Assembly (NCBI GenBank): GCA_010093815.1
Contig: ML996572.1
Direction: 5' to 3' (one strand)
Origin: Pseudovirgaria hyperparasitica
Lineage: Eukaryota
Length of the DNA stretch: 64,000 bases
Shown here piece by piece: positions 24,986-37,985 of this stretch. The position numbers and the translations under genes were made by a program. The notes under the pieces are model-generated. The model was not told the origin of the DNA, did not search any database, and was given only the letters and a program-made list of their open reading frames with translations. Every line of letters starts with the position of its first letter. The first letter of the stretch is position 1.

Positions 24986-26444
24986 ATGTCAGACAAGAAG
25001 GGCGAAGTCGTCCAGCAGGACAAGTCCTTCATGGGCATGCCGGTAAGCTCACTGATTCTCGATCTTAGTCTGCAATTTGACAGCAACGACAATTGTCACA
25101 TCCTATCTACATTCAGCAATCGCTCGCGGTAGCTCTTTTACAATTGATCGTAAAGCTTCAACGGGTTGTGTGGAGATGAATGGCATTGGCAATGCTGTCG
25201 ATCCTGACCTTTACTTCTTTGCGCGCGACCATGACCAGCAGCTAACAACATTATCAGGGTTTTGTCGTCGATTTCTTGAGTACGTCGCCTTCACCTGTCA
25301 ATTGACATCACTCTGGAGGATCGCCTTGATCTCCTGAAATGATTGGATACATTTGGATTGCAACACAATACGTTGTCGACATGCTGACGCCTTATCTATA
25401 GTGGGTGGTGTCTCCGCTGCCGTCTCGAAAACCGCCGCCGCTCCCATTGAGCGTGTCAAGCTTCTCATTCAGAACCAGGTAAGTGCCATCAATGCTAGCC
25501 TATTTTCAAACCTGTACTGACAATCGTTCCAGGATGAGATGTTGAAGTCTGGTCGTCTTGACCGCAAATACGATGGTATCGCCGACTGCTTCCGTCGTAC
25601 AACTGCTGGTGAGGGTGTTATCTCTCTCTGGAGAGGTAACACTGCCAACGTCATCCGTTACTTCCCTACTCAGGCCCTAAACTTCGCTTTCCGTGACACC
25701 TACAAGTCAATGTTCGCGTACAAGAAGGAGCGTGATGGTTACGCCAAGTGGATGATGGGCAACTTGGCCTCCGGTGGTGTAAGTGAAGCATTTGAGATGG
25801 ATATCTTGCCTGAAATATCACTGACCACTAGCATATAGGCTGCCGGTGCCACCTCTCTTCTCTTCGTTTACTCTCTCGACTATGCCCGTACTCGTCTTGC
25901 CAATGACGCTAAGAACGCTAAGAAGGGTGGTGACCGTCAATTCAACGGTCTCGTAGACGTTTACAAGAAGACTCTGGCCTCCGATGGTATCGCTGGTCTC
26001 TACCGTGGTTTCATGCCCTCCGTTCTCGGTATAGTCGTTTACCGTGGTTTGTACTTCGGAATGTACGACTCTATCAAGCCTGTTGTCCTTGTCGGTTCCC
26101 TTGAGGGTAACTTCTTCGCTTCCTTCGCTCTCGGTTGGGCTGTCACTACTGGTGCTGGTATCGCTTCCTACCCTCTCGACACTATCCGTCGTCGTATGAT
26201 GATGACGTCTGGTGAGGTATGTATCAAGTGAAGCAACTCTCAATTATTCGCAATTCTGACATCATACTAGGCCGTTAAGTACACTTCGTCTATGGATGCC
26301 GCCCGCAAGATTGTCGCCGCTGAGGGTGTCAAGTCTCTGTTCAAGGGCGCTGGTGCCAACATCCTCCGTGGTGTTGCCGGTGCTGGTGTGCTCTCCATCT
26401 ACGACCAAGTCCAGCTCCTCATGTTCGGCAAGAAGTTCAAATAA
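24986..26444 (+). CDS. AAC: Mitochondrial ADP/ATP carrier, 6 exons including a 22-nt exon (25258-25279)
   Basis: [45 protein letters not shown]...[21 protein letters not shown]...[12 protein letters not shown] signature...[21 protein letters not shown]. Confidence 0.97.
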
Positions 26445-27538
26445 ATGACTCGCTCCGGTCAATACTGGAACAGGTCTCAGGGTCGTGCAGATGGGAGTGT
26501 AATGATGAGCGCGGTGGTCGTGTAGAGGACGGCGCAGACATGATACTCTAAAGGCTGGCTAGCTGAATCAGTGGAAAGATAAAGGATATGGGAATCTTCT
26601 TCTTTTGTTCATCTACTGGTTTGGTCGCATGTACACTACTGCTGGAGCATTCAAGACTTCTTTCTCTACATTCACCTCCCCCACAGCCATTTCCGCTCGC
26701 TGTACTAAATCACCATTGTTGCTCATTTTCTCTTTTGTTGATAGACTTCTGTTGCCGTCCTTGTTGAGCATTAGTAATGACTCAATGATGCAGGCTTCAA
26801 AAATAGTTGCATAGAGCGTTCTTCCATTCTAGCTTCACTGTTGTCCTTTCTAAGTGCTTACCTTAATTGTGCATGCCAGGATTAAGCCTGGACAAGACCT
26901 CTGCGAAAGTTTATCCAACAGTAGAATAATCGTTACTCTAGCTAGCTAGGCCGGGTGACTGGGACCCAGTGTCCTTACAACGTCGATGACGACAACGGCA
27001 ACAAGAAGAATATAATCCTATAATCCTGAACTCAAACACGTCTGATCTGAAGCTCTCGGGCAGGACAGGGATATCGTAGCATAGCAATGAGACCACTAAG
27101 ATTTTGAATGACATGCAAGGGGAGGGATATCAAAGAATAGAACCGAAGAATGAACAAGCCGCCCTGCAAACTTTTCATGGTTCGCTTTTCTCTTCTTTCC
27201 TTTTCCTTTCGCTTGAATGGATGGGTGGGTGGGTATATGTTTTGTACAACAGAGAAACAAAAGAGTACAGGAGAAAATGTCGAACAAGCATGTACAGTCT
27301 TGGAATAGAGATCGTGGAATGGCAAGGCATCTTGGTTCCTTCCTGACGGGCATCATCGGAGGTTCCAAGGGAGTTATTAGTGTTGGGAATCAGACTCGGA
27401 GCTGGCCAAAATGACTTTTCCTAGCCAACGTGTTCGTCAGGAGAGAGCTTTCCAAGAAGAGTGCGAGTTGTGTAGAGCCGATTAGGGTCGTGTCCTCTCG
27501 GCAGAAATGTATCCAATGTCGGGAAATTTCCTACGGTG

Positions 27539-30500
27539 TCAAAAACTGCCATTTAACCATTCAGCCAACATTGGATTTGCTTGATAGTCATTGACGTCGT
27601 CCATATCCGTCGCTGGAACAATCTCGTCGACGTCGTTGAAGTCGTCGGGCGCATCTTCATGGTCTGCGGTCTCATACTTTATAGATTGTGTTGGATCCGC
27701 CGCGTCCTGAGAAACTTGACCATCGTCGCCAAGTTGCGTGGTGAGATCTTCTCCTGCAACTTCTGTCTCGGGCTGTTGTCCGCCGCATAAAATTCTGTCA
27801 AAAGCCTCATTGAAATTGTCGAGGAGGTCCTTGACCCTTCGCCTGATTTTCCGCTCAGCGCTGGAAACCTGTGCGGCACTGTCAACTTGTACGCCGGCGA
27901 TGATGCCCATGTAGTCTTGTTGCATAGACCTCCATACATAGTCACTCTGATTTGCGCAAAACTCCTCAACATCTCGGCACATTTGGGCGAGTCTTTCTTC
28001 AACCCCCTTTACAGCATCCATGAACATGTTCGAACGCGCCTTCTCGACGTGATTGAGCATCGCAGCCTTCATCCGAGCGTACGAGCCCGTGCCGCACTCA
28101 TTTGTGCAGATCGTGTATGCGACTTCCATAGCTGCAGTGATGACTGGAGTGAATTCGCGATTCACCTCACGTTGGCGTTCGTTTATGGCGGCGAGGACCT
28201 TTTGGGTGTGGTCCTGCAGCAACGCCTGATGGTTGCCAATCTGCCGGGCCAGCAATTCTATTCTGGAAAGACCAAGACCTTTCTCGTGGGCGCGAGCACC
28301 TATGGCATCATGGAAACACTGGAGCTGCCTGCCGGCATCCTTCTTGTAGGCTTCAAGAACCCGTGGGAGGTGTCTTTGAAAGGTCTTCTCCCACCCTGAC
28401 GCAAGATACACTATCATCGGCTCACACAGCTCAGCGTTAAAGTCACGCGCGCCAGCAGCCCCATTGTACATACCACTGCGCCGTACCGTAGCTTTATATG
28501 TGGCCCAATACAGGCCGCCTTCAGCTCTATGAGCCCCCCATTTCGCGGCAGTCCCCACCGAAGCTTCGATGGCGATATCTGTAGCCTTTTCATATTTGTC
28601 ATAGATGTTCTCGATGAGAGCCTTATTGATTTCTTTAACGCATGTCGAAACCGCTTCCTCGAGAGCCTACGGAATCACAGATCAGCACAAGTGATGAGGT
28701 TAGAATGAAAGACACGTTTTATAGATGAGACCTGTCTGCTATCCATTGAACCAGGTTGAGTGCTAAGGAAAGAGATATATCAAATGCGCTTCCTCATCAT
28801 ATGAGACATTCGTTGAAATGCGAACAATGCAGTTCTAGATAAAGAGAGTGTCAAGCAATTGACTTGATGAAATATGAAATGTGAAATTTGAAATTTGAAA
28901 TTTGAAATTTGAAATTTGGAGGTTGAAAGATGAAACTGTGATACCGTAGACGTTGAGTCAAGTATCATTAGCCATGCGAGTTGAAGTACGAATTTGTACG
29001 GCACGACCCAAGTCAAATGCGCATGCCATTTTCGACCCATCGATCGAGTAGAATCCTGGTATCCAAGACAACCCTGGAACTAGCTCACTGAGAAGAGAGG
29101 AAACATCTGTACTGACCTTTTCTAGCTCTGCGAGCTTCTTCTTTAGGAAGAGGACCTCTCGAACCTTCTGTTGGTCTGTAAGGGTTGCGCCACTACCATC
29201 ATCAGAAGCCCATAGACTAATTGAGGTCAGCAACTGGTTCAAGTTATTGAGAAATCGTCGACACGAAGACGAACGGCCGGCCTCGGTGAGCTTTTTGCAA
29301 TGTGCCTGTAGAGCCGGAATCTCGGTCTGGTCTAGAGTCGTGAATCCAGGCACAGCAGAGTCTTTCTTAAGACGACCAGAGAGCTTCTGGTACGCCCGAC
29401 TACTCACACAAAAGACGGGTAAGTCCCTTGCAACCTGTTCATAGTCTCGCTTCTCATCATCAGGGTTGAAATTCTCCTCATCTTCCTCAATTGCGTTCTC
29501 TTGGTCAAGTTCTTCCACACCGGCAGCGAAGTCGAATTGAATCGCGCGCCTGGAATAGTCATTGCGACCAGAAATGCAGATGGTATTCATCTTCGCTTGG
29601 ACCTCGTTGTGCTCGAATTTAGCAGCTGTGATCTCTTTCCTCACCTGTCTGATTTTATCCTCGAGTTCAGCCTTTGAACTCCGAGCTTTCTTTTTGAAAA
29701 CCCGGATCTGGTTGATCTCAGTGGCAATATCCTCTTCAGTCAAAGGTTGTCTTTCTTCTTCTTGGTCCTCGGTCTCGTCCTCTTTTTCTGAATCAGAACC
29801 AGAAAGATTGCTTCTATCACTATCCGTATCGGCAAGGAAATCATCGTCACTGCTAGCCCTTCTCTTGCGCGGCTTGTCCGTCGCGAGGTTCGATTTACGT
29901 TTCTTCTGGAGGGGCCGAAACACTTTTTCACCATCACCAAGTTTGTTCGAGAGACGTTCCCAAACGGCGAGAAGCTCGTCTTGGTCGTCGAACATCTCAC
30001 TGAAAACTTCTTTCTCGTCCTTGAGGGCTACCAGGCGTTTCTCTAATTCTTTGATTGTCTGCTCGATTGAGTCTTCTTGGCTGAATAGTTCCGACATTCG
30101 ATCTTCTAAGCCCAGGGAGTCGGTGGCCTCCGTGATGGAAATGTCGTCGGTCTTTGAACAGATGAACGTAACAGCGCTGTAGGTTCCGTCGTACTTCAGC
30201 TGTCGTTTGAAAGTATCTCCGAGCAGATTTTTGGCAGATTTATCATCGACAGCCCGAGTGATTGGGGCTACGATCCACAAGCCGGTACATTGCTTCATGT
30301 ACCCCGCTGCGACTGCAGCACGGGCAGCATTGGAGTCTTGAACACCGGGAAGATCGACAATGACAGCCCCAGTGGCCAGGGCAGGTGATCTTACGAAGAT
30401 CCTCACGACCTTGATCAGGGGCCAGTATTCAGTCTTCCTAGGCTCCTTCTTTTCTTTGTCCTTCCCAGTGCCCGTTCCTTTGTCTTTCTTGATGATTTTT

Positions 30501-31911
30501 TCTTTGCTATCAACATACGTCTGTAGCTTTCGGTAAAAGCCTTCAGGCTCCGCTTTCTCGATTTTGATAGTAGTTCCAAGAACTTCGGCGACAATGGGAA
30601 ACTTCATTAATTTGGCCACGGAACTACGAGCTATGTCTTCCTTCGTCATCTGCGGATATACAGCCTTGATTTTGGCATAAGCAACACCAGCATCGGAGTC
30701 GGGGTTAGCACAGTCCCGAGAAACCTGGCCATTCTGATCCAATAAGTCATTGAACAGCACCTTCAGTTCCCTTTCCCAGTCCTCTGGTTTGATGAACTCG
30801 ATGGCAGCTCGGTATTTCTTGTTCTCATCATCATCATCGTTCCAAGAGAGCTCCGTGACAACTGCAGTGCATGCTCTCATGCAGTTTGTTGGAACGAGAC
30901 GTTCTTCGTCCAGCATAGCGTTGATAACAGAGCTCTTGCCGGCTCCAGTGTTCCCGACCACACCAACAACTGTGCGAGTGCGGACGGCTTGCTCTTGGAG
31001 ATTGGTTATCGAGGTCGTCCAGTTGTCTGCGTCGGCAATATTCTTTTCAGCAGACTGCTTCCGCAGAGCCAATTTGAGCTTCTCGAGTAGCTGAACCGCC
31101 TCCTGGACTCCGCGCTCTAGGGTCTCTGGCAGGGGAGATTTCATCAGCTGCTGAAGAGACATGTGTCGCTCCTTGCCAACATTGCCGGATGAATCTTGCG
31201 GATCATTCATGTCGGAGTCGGAGGCCTGGCTGGGCTGTCTAGACACCGCAGGTTCAAACTTGGGCGACAAACTCCGTTCCTTTTTCACTGCAGGTGACGG
31301 TAATTGATATTTTCGGTCGTTAAGTTCTTCGGCGTCACCAGAGTCATCAATGTGAGCTTGGGGGTCATCACCCGATTCTTCCATTACGTTTAAGGCCTGG
31401 TGGGCACGTTCATGTCTGTTAATCTGCTTCATACCGTTAGTGGCAGGCGTATTGTGACCAAAGGGCTCCTGGCCTAAAGGAGCGCTACTCGACGGCTGGA
31501 TAAGGGAAGCTGCTGACAGGTCATGCTCGGACGCAGCTGAGACTTCGACAGCTCGGACGACCACCAGGTTGTCTTTGTATTTGTTGAGAGATGACAGAGG
31601 CGTTTCTTCAGTTGGCTGCTGGTCTGTGTCACCGAATTTGAGAATCAGATTCATAGCGTGGCGTTCCACGTAGGATTTTTTGATAGTCTTGATTGTGATT
31701 CTCTGGGGTTCATCAGTAATGCCAACCATACAAGTAATAATTGTTCTATACTGACGCCGTGACACTTGACCCACATGAAGTCATTTTCTCCCTTGACATC
31801 TTCTGGCTTCTTGGTGTGATACAGAATCGCGACCCAGTAACGTGAAGGTTTTTCTGGTAACTTGGGCCTCAAGGAAAGTGCAAGATTGTGGAACGCTTGA
31901 TCTGAATCCAT
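27539..31911 (-). CDS. Large dynamin-like P-loop GTPase (nuclear GTPase SLIP-GC/NUGGC-like)
   Basis: G1 GNTGAGKSS, G2 region PTNCMRACTAVVTE, G3 DLPG, G4 CSKTD, acidic/coiled-coil insert, LPVFCVSSRAYQKL, helical C-terminal exon; introns ~31705-31757 and 28667-29116 join the ORFs in frame (…LEK|ALEEAV…). Confidence 0.85.
28868..28916. repeat. Heptamer tandem repeat (TGAAATT), about 7 units, inside the GTPase intron
   Basis: tgaaata tgaaatg tgaaatt tgaaatt tgaaatt tgaaatt tgaaatt seen directly. Confidence 0.85.
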
Positions 31912-34624
31912 GGCCGGGCACAGTTTCAGTAGGCTTGCACAGACACGACTTCAGGTCGTGGACGAAAGTGAGAACACCGCTTGCACTTGACTTCAACTTA
32001 TCACATGTGGGTGCGCATGTGTGAAAAGAGTTGCGTGCAAAGAAAGTGTGGCTCAGCAACAGAGGGAAACGGAGATCAAAATACGATGACGTTGTAGAAA
32101 TACCAAAGAGAGGGACGCCAGGTTCTTTGGCAGGTGAACCTAAAACCAATTGGTCCAAATAATCAATTGACTGTAGCTAAACAAGTGAGCACTTTGTTTC
32201 TTTCCCCTCGCAACACGGTGCGCGATAGGACGCGTTTGCGCCAGTCCAAATTTGGTTAGGTGCAAGGATCTTCCAGGTCTCCTTACGTCCAACCGCAACT
32301 TCAGCAATATACTTGTAAATTTGCATCTCCTCAACACTAAGGCTCAGCGATAAATCGACAGTCGTCTATATCACTTGATAGTCGTGAGGCTTACATAACC
32401 CGTACTACTATCATGGATGCCAAACCGACTGTGTCGATATCCCTTGTTACGCGTGAACTTTACACGACTCGCCGTACTTTGTTGCTGTCGATTGCTATTA
32501 AATAGCCTCGTTCAGCCGATCTCTCGGCCACTCACTGCTTAGTTTAAAACGGTACTAAGAATGTTAATACATCTAATATAGCTGCTACAAGCTCGTAGAC
32601 CAGATATTCGGACATAACCTTGACCTCTATTTGTGCCACTTTTTCATGCACTTATTATTCGATATCAATCGCTGTGTGGGACACCATATGGCATCTTACT
32701 GTGATGGCTCCTCACATAGCACAAGTGACAGAAATGGAAGTCATTTGGAAGCGCACGCGTGAAGTCGAGCATGGCGAGCAAGGTTACACAAGTCAAAATA
32801 TCAACTCTGTTCACAGCTTCGACAGGACTGCCAAGTATGACCCCAGGGCTACTCCTAAAACCCGTCACAGATGCGCCCTCGTGCAATACTGCTGAACATT
32901 ATCATCATAATCCTGAGCAACAATAGTCGCCGCCGTAACACAGCTATGCCATCCATCATCATCCTATCATATAGATGCACATACTGCAAGGACACACCGC
33001 AGCACCCGTAGTCCACGACGATAGAATCAAAGCACGTACACATTACACCTTCACTTTAGGTGAGCAAAGGTCCAACGCAGCATGAACCGTATTTGCGGAA
33101 GAGGCTGGAATTGACTGCCTATATCTGAGATGTTCTATCGGTAGCGCCGCCACAGGTATGAGCAACTCGCAGGAGGAGCTAGGCCTATATATCTGCACCC
33201 ACTGGTAACCCCTGAAGCTCAATGCCGGGTAGGCCAGACCATTGCATGACACTACCAGCTGATCTCTCCATTCACAAGTGAGCTCTTCGTCCATATAAAT
33301 TCAGTAGCCTGTATATAACATCCTCTCGACAGCCACAGAAGTGTAAAGAGGAACCACCACGAGTCTCCACAAGCATATCCATGATATGGGCAACAACCTT
33401 CCTAGAAATCGCGAATGCTGGGCCTTTCTCCTGGATGCCTCCTCCTGACTGATGATAACGTTCGGCGGTGACCTATGATAGCAAACACCATTATCAAACG
33501 AGCACCCACACGGACATGATATTAAGGTCTCTGCACTCTCGCTCTGGAGAAGAGAAGCAAGATGGCAGACAAGCATAGGGGTCGGTTCTTCTCACTCCAA
33601 AAATGTAGTATCTACATTGTCCCGGCAGAAAGAGGAATAGAAAGTGAGAATACAATCCCGTATAAATATACTATAATTCATAGATGCCGGGTAGATACCC
33701 TAGTTCTACCTCGTCACCCGCTTGCATCTTGTGTAAACACGAGCTTTCAGCAGAACATCCATCAGCACATCACACTGTTCAGCCTGGTTCCGTAAAGATG
33801 AAGACCATTAGTACACACTTCTTACCTACAAAGACCCTCATAACAAAGTCCTTGCCATGACCGAAGGAAAGAACGGAATATTAGACGCGTAATTCCTACT
33901 AAGAAGCAAGACTGGATCCCGAAACCCCTATTGAGGTTGAACCTGTTCTCTCTGGCGGAGAAGCCGTTCAGCATTGCAAATGTAGAGAAAGCTGTGTTTG
34001 GGCTCATCATGAGTTGCATGTAAGTCAGGTGTCGTTCTTCATCAATGATCTCCTCGGATTTCATTGGGAACATGTTTGCGTCGACTGGAGTTTTACGTCC
34101 ATTGCAACTGTCTAGTTTTGAATCGTGTCAGAAATTTCTTGGAGTATTTCTTCTCTGGGAGTCAGCTTTCACCTTTTCGCAATTAATCAATTTCAATGCC
34201 TAGAATGACACGTGCTTCTCCAAGGTTTTTTAAACTTCATGCGTGATGATACCTTTTGCTTGAAGGCTTCAATATCTGCTAGGTTCAAGGGCAGTATGGA
34301 TACGTTTCACAAATGCCCTGTAAGCCATCCCTCATACTCGGCGGACTGTGGAAGTCCACTGAAAGTGCCTACAGAGCTGCTTCTGATGATCACAGAGCGC
34401 CGAACAGTCGGGAACGTGCACCCGCGCGTGATAGAATCCAGTGGATGGTCTTTTTCTAATTTGGTTTATTCCGACGTCGAAGATTCGGCCACGGTGAATC
34501 GCGACGCGATTGTATTCTCGAAACGCCTAAGTCAGTCAATCAATCCTCGCGCTAAAGTCCCAGACAGACAGCCATCCCAAAGCATAAACCAAACGTTCCA
34601 ACTCCTCCCCCAAATATATCAACC

Positions 34625-35761
34625 TCAAACCACCCCCCAACCCTCCCTCATGCCCCTCAGCACAACCAAACACGTAGCAAGAACGACACTCTCATCCACC
34701 ACCCCGCCAACCAAGTGCCCATCTAAATTCCAGCCCGCCTGGCCGTCAACACGTACTTCAGGCCCAAACTGCAACTCTAAACCCGCATCATCTCGACGCA
34801 CGAGTCTGGCTATGACATTGTGTGCAGTGCGATGTGTGAGCGCCAGTATGAGCTTCGGATCTCGTGAATTCATCGACGTGGACGATGACGAGCTCCGCTG
34901 CGAGGAAGGGCTGCCATTTGGCCTCGGTCCGAGCTTGGGGGAGTCGCAGGGTGAGGGAGCGCGTGGCTGGAGCCCGAGAGAGGATTTAATCTGTGCGGTG
35001 TTTGGAGAAGGGGATGATGGCATTGCCGCTCGGGTGCGCCATTTCAGTGTCATAGGATTCTCAGTGGTGGCAGATGGCGTTTCAGGCACCGTAAATTTAG
35101 TGACGGACGACAGTGGGGCGTGTTTGAGTTCGATGTGTTGGTCCCTGACCACCGAGCTGCCACTGAAATTGTTGCGAATGGACTTCGTATGCGTCGCGTT
35201 TCCTTCCTCTGCATCCTCGTCGTCACTCGTCAGGACGATCAGCGGAACTGCCGGTACTGCGACTGGTCTAGGATTCTCTACATTGGTAGTAGGGGTGTCT
35301 GGAGCAAGCATCTGGATATCCGCGTTTTTCCTGAGGGCATGTCTGTATGTAGTCCGAGCCACGGGTAGCGCGATACCATCTTTGAATCTGCTCAGTGTGG
35401 CTTCTTTCCTCGTCTTGGAGTGCATATACTGCGGTCGATCCAACACGTCTGTAAAGACGAGTCCGAACTCTTCATTCCTCAATTTGAGCGTCTGACAAGC
35501 TTGAAAGGACCGCGAAGCAGCACGCTGGGAACGAGGTGAGCTCCGCAATGTATAGCTGCCGGTCCTTGATGGGGACTCCAGTGAGGGTTGTGATCTACCG
35601 GGAAATGAGGTGGCGATGTGAGTAGAATCGAGAGACCCTCGCGGGGTTACTTTGTCTGTTGTAGAGGGCATATCTTGCTTGGAAGAAATACGACGTTCTG
35701 GCTGTGGTGGACGAGAACCCTGATCCATCGCCATAAATGCAGCAGACATGGCGTCTGTCAT
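34625..35761 (-). CDS. Hypothetical protein (378 aa), Ser/Pro-rich with a folded-looking C-terminus
   Basis: Long ATG-initiated ORF; C-terminal LILALTHRTAHNVIARL...VDESVVLATCLVVL looks globular; no family recognised. Confidence 0.65.
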   Translation of the reverse strand: MTDAMSAAFMAMDQGSRPPQPERRISSKQDMPSTTDKVTPRGSLDSTHIATSFPGRSQPSLESPSRTGSYTLRSSPRSQRAASRSFQACQTLKLRNEEFGLVFTDVLDRPQYMHSKTRKEATLSRFKDGIALPVARTTYRHALRKNADIQMLAPDTPTTNVENPRPVAVPAVPLIVLTSDDEDAEEGNATHTKSIRNNFSGSSVVRDQHIELKHAPLSSVTKFTVPETPSATTENPMTLKWRTRAAMPSSPSPNTAQIKSSLGLQPRAPSPCDSPKLGPRPNGSPSSQRSSSSSTSMNSRDPKLILALTHRTAHNVIARLVRRDDAGLELQFGPEVRVDGQAGWNLDGHLVGGVVDESVVLATCLVVLRGMREGWGVV

Positions 35762-36525
35762 AATTGACTACTTTGAACCAACAAAGGGGAGCAATACGGC
35801 ATCCAAAGAATGTAATTTAGATGCAGCACTGCTTGTCGTCTTCGCTTTGATGTACGCATTCGCCGATCAGGTCGCTTCCTGAGTTAGACTTACTCCTTCC
35901 CACGATGCATGCTGCCTACCTATGCTATCATACCTGTGTCTCATATTAGGGACATTCATCTCATCAAGCAGATATGGTTGTGTGCAATCGTTACCATCGA
36001 AAAGTCGCGCGTCAAAAACTCCATGTCGCTGGGGCATACTTGATATTAAGCCAATGGCCGGCCAGGCAACGCCACGCGCCAATCAGGTGAAGTCAAGTCA
36101 TTAGTCCAAGTCCAGAACCGACGTGATGAACGCCAAAGTCTGATATTAGGTTTTAGCGGATCCTTGGTGAAACGGAACAAGCGCTGTCCGTTACATGGAC
36201 GGCTATAGTGAAAGCAGAGCAGAGGTTAACATCACAGCGAGGAACGTCCAACTCACGGGATGCGGCGAATGCTAAAGCCTATCCGAATAGGCCGCCTGAG
36301 AACTAGAAAATTCAAAGCTTTCATTTTCCACTAATTTACCACTCCCAAGTTTCGTATGTTACCACACCTCCTCCCGTTTTACACACATTTTTCGAGATCC
36401 ATAGAAGCCCGGTTGTAGATGCGAGATTGGAAAGAAATCTGAGTACTTTTCAAGGCTCGGTTTACGAATCGATGAAATGCCATTCGACATCAATCTTGGC
36501 CCAACATCGAGATTCCTTTTAGCGT

Positions 36526-37985
36526 TTATGCGCCTAGGCTGGGGAATGCCTTGTCGTCGTTGACGTTGGGGGATGTGACTCCGCGACCACCGCGACCACC
36601 ACGGAATTCGCCTCGGTCACCTCCACGGCCTCGTCCGCCACGTCCACGGCCTTCACCTCGGAAGTTACCATCGCCGCGGCCACGGCCTTCACCTCTTGGG
36701 GGACGGTCTCCATCACCACGTCCGCGTCCACGTCCACCACGGCCTCCACGGAAGCCAGAGTCCTGAGGGGCGCTGTGAAGGCGCTGATCATCCAACTCGA
36801 GAAGAGTACGCTCCTTACGGGCACGCTCACGCTTGGCCTTGGGACCAGAGCCGGCAATGAAGTCTTCTTGCTCCTCACGAGAGATAGCCTTGCCTTCGGG
36901 TTGTTTCTTGGAGCCTTCGTTAGGCTTGCGGATTTCGAGACCGGCACCGAGAGCAGCGCGCTTCTCCTCCTGCTCAGCCAACCATGCGGTGTAGGACTTG
37001 GTCTTGTCTTCTTCAGGCTCAGGGGCAGCGGCAGCCGTCTCACCCTCAGCATTCACTGGGCCGTCGGCAGCATCTCCAACATCTGGAGTGAAGCCTTCTT
37101 CCTTCTCGTCTGCCTTAGCAATGGCTTCGCCGGCCTTTTCATCAGCCCACTCGTCATCACCAGTCTGGCCTCCCCAGCCGGCACCGGCTTGTTTGTCAGA
37201 ATCACTGTTGTAAATGTCAACGATGGGATATCAGGAAGAAATGGGTCTGCCTACGAGACGCCGGTCTTGCTGTGACGGTCATCGCGGGGGCCACCGCCGC
37301 CACGACCACCTCGGTAACCACCCTGTCCACGAGAACGTCCACGGCCTCCCGAGTGTTTTTGCTCGCCGTCTAGGAGAACAGGTCAGGATAGTTGATGATA
37401 AGCGATCAATGAATAAACAAACCTTGGAGGCGGTTGGAGTGCCTATCAGATCGAAACTCGTCGGTCGGCTTGTTGCGGTTCTGGTTGCTTCCAGCGCCAC
37501 GGTCACGGAAAGCTGCATGTCGGATTAGTATCAAATCGATGTGAGATAGCTGACTTGCAAGAGCCAATGCTCAAGAATCTATACGAAGGGCTGTACGGAC
37601 CTAGTTCAGAGCCTGTGGCACCATCACGGCCTCCACGTCCACCTCTTGGTGCAGCAGTAGCATCTTTCGAGGGAGCCTCAGCAGGCGCATTTCGCTTGCC
37701 TTGTCGCGCAGCAGGCTTGTCTACAGTCTTGACGGGTGGGTCTGCCGGTCGGTCCGGATCGAGTTCGGGATCATTGCCTGGTTTGGGATGTGAGAAAATT
37801 TCGAAAGAGGTAACTGAGTGGTGGGAAAAGTACCTAGAAGCTCGTAGAGGTTCTGCGACAAAAACCAAAGTCAGTGATGGAACTTTCGAGAGACACGATT
37901 GAGCATGCAATGGCAAATCGTATGTGTCGGCACATGACAATGAGCTTAATCAACGCACCTTGGACACGATGCCTTGAGTAGTCAT
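36526..37985 (-). CDS. STM1: Stm1-like ribosome/nucleic-acid-binding protein (Stm1_N + HABP4/PAI-RBP1), multi-exon
   Basis: Spliced MTTQGIVSK|NLYELL|GNDPELDPDR...; RGG repeats; AGWGGQTG; C-terminal NVNDDKAFPSLGA typical of Stm1/SERBP1. Confidence 0.88.

Noticed and set aside
28682..28800. Possible intronic C/D snoRNA (minus-strand ATGATGA ... CTGA)
   Set aside because: The CTGA coincides with the intron branch site; no terminal stem and no recognisable rRNA guide.
32140..34200. Short ORFs in a 2-kb gap, e.g. 33822-34073 ending at a GTAAG
   Set aside because: I could not assemble a coherent spliced model or recognise a domain; it may be a decayed gene but this is unsupported.
34212..35495. 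427-aa plus-strand ORF with an F-box-like VPTELLLMI snippet
   Set aside because: GTG start and largely the antisense shadow of the 34625-35761 minus-strand gene.
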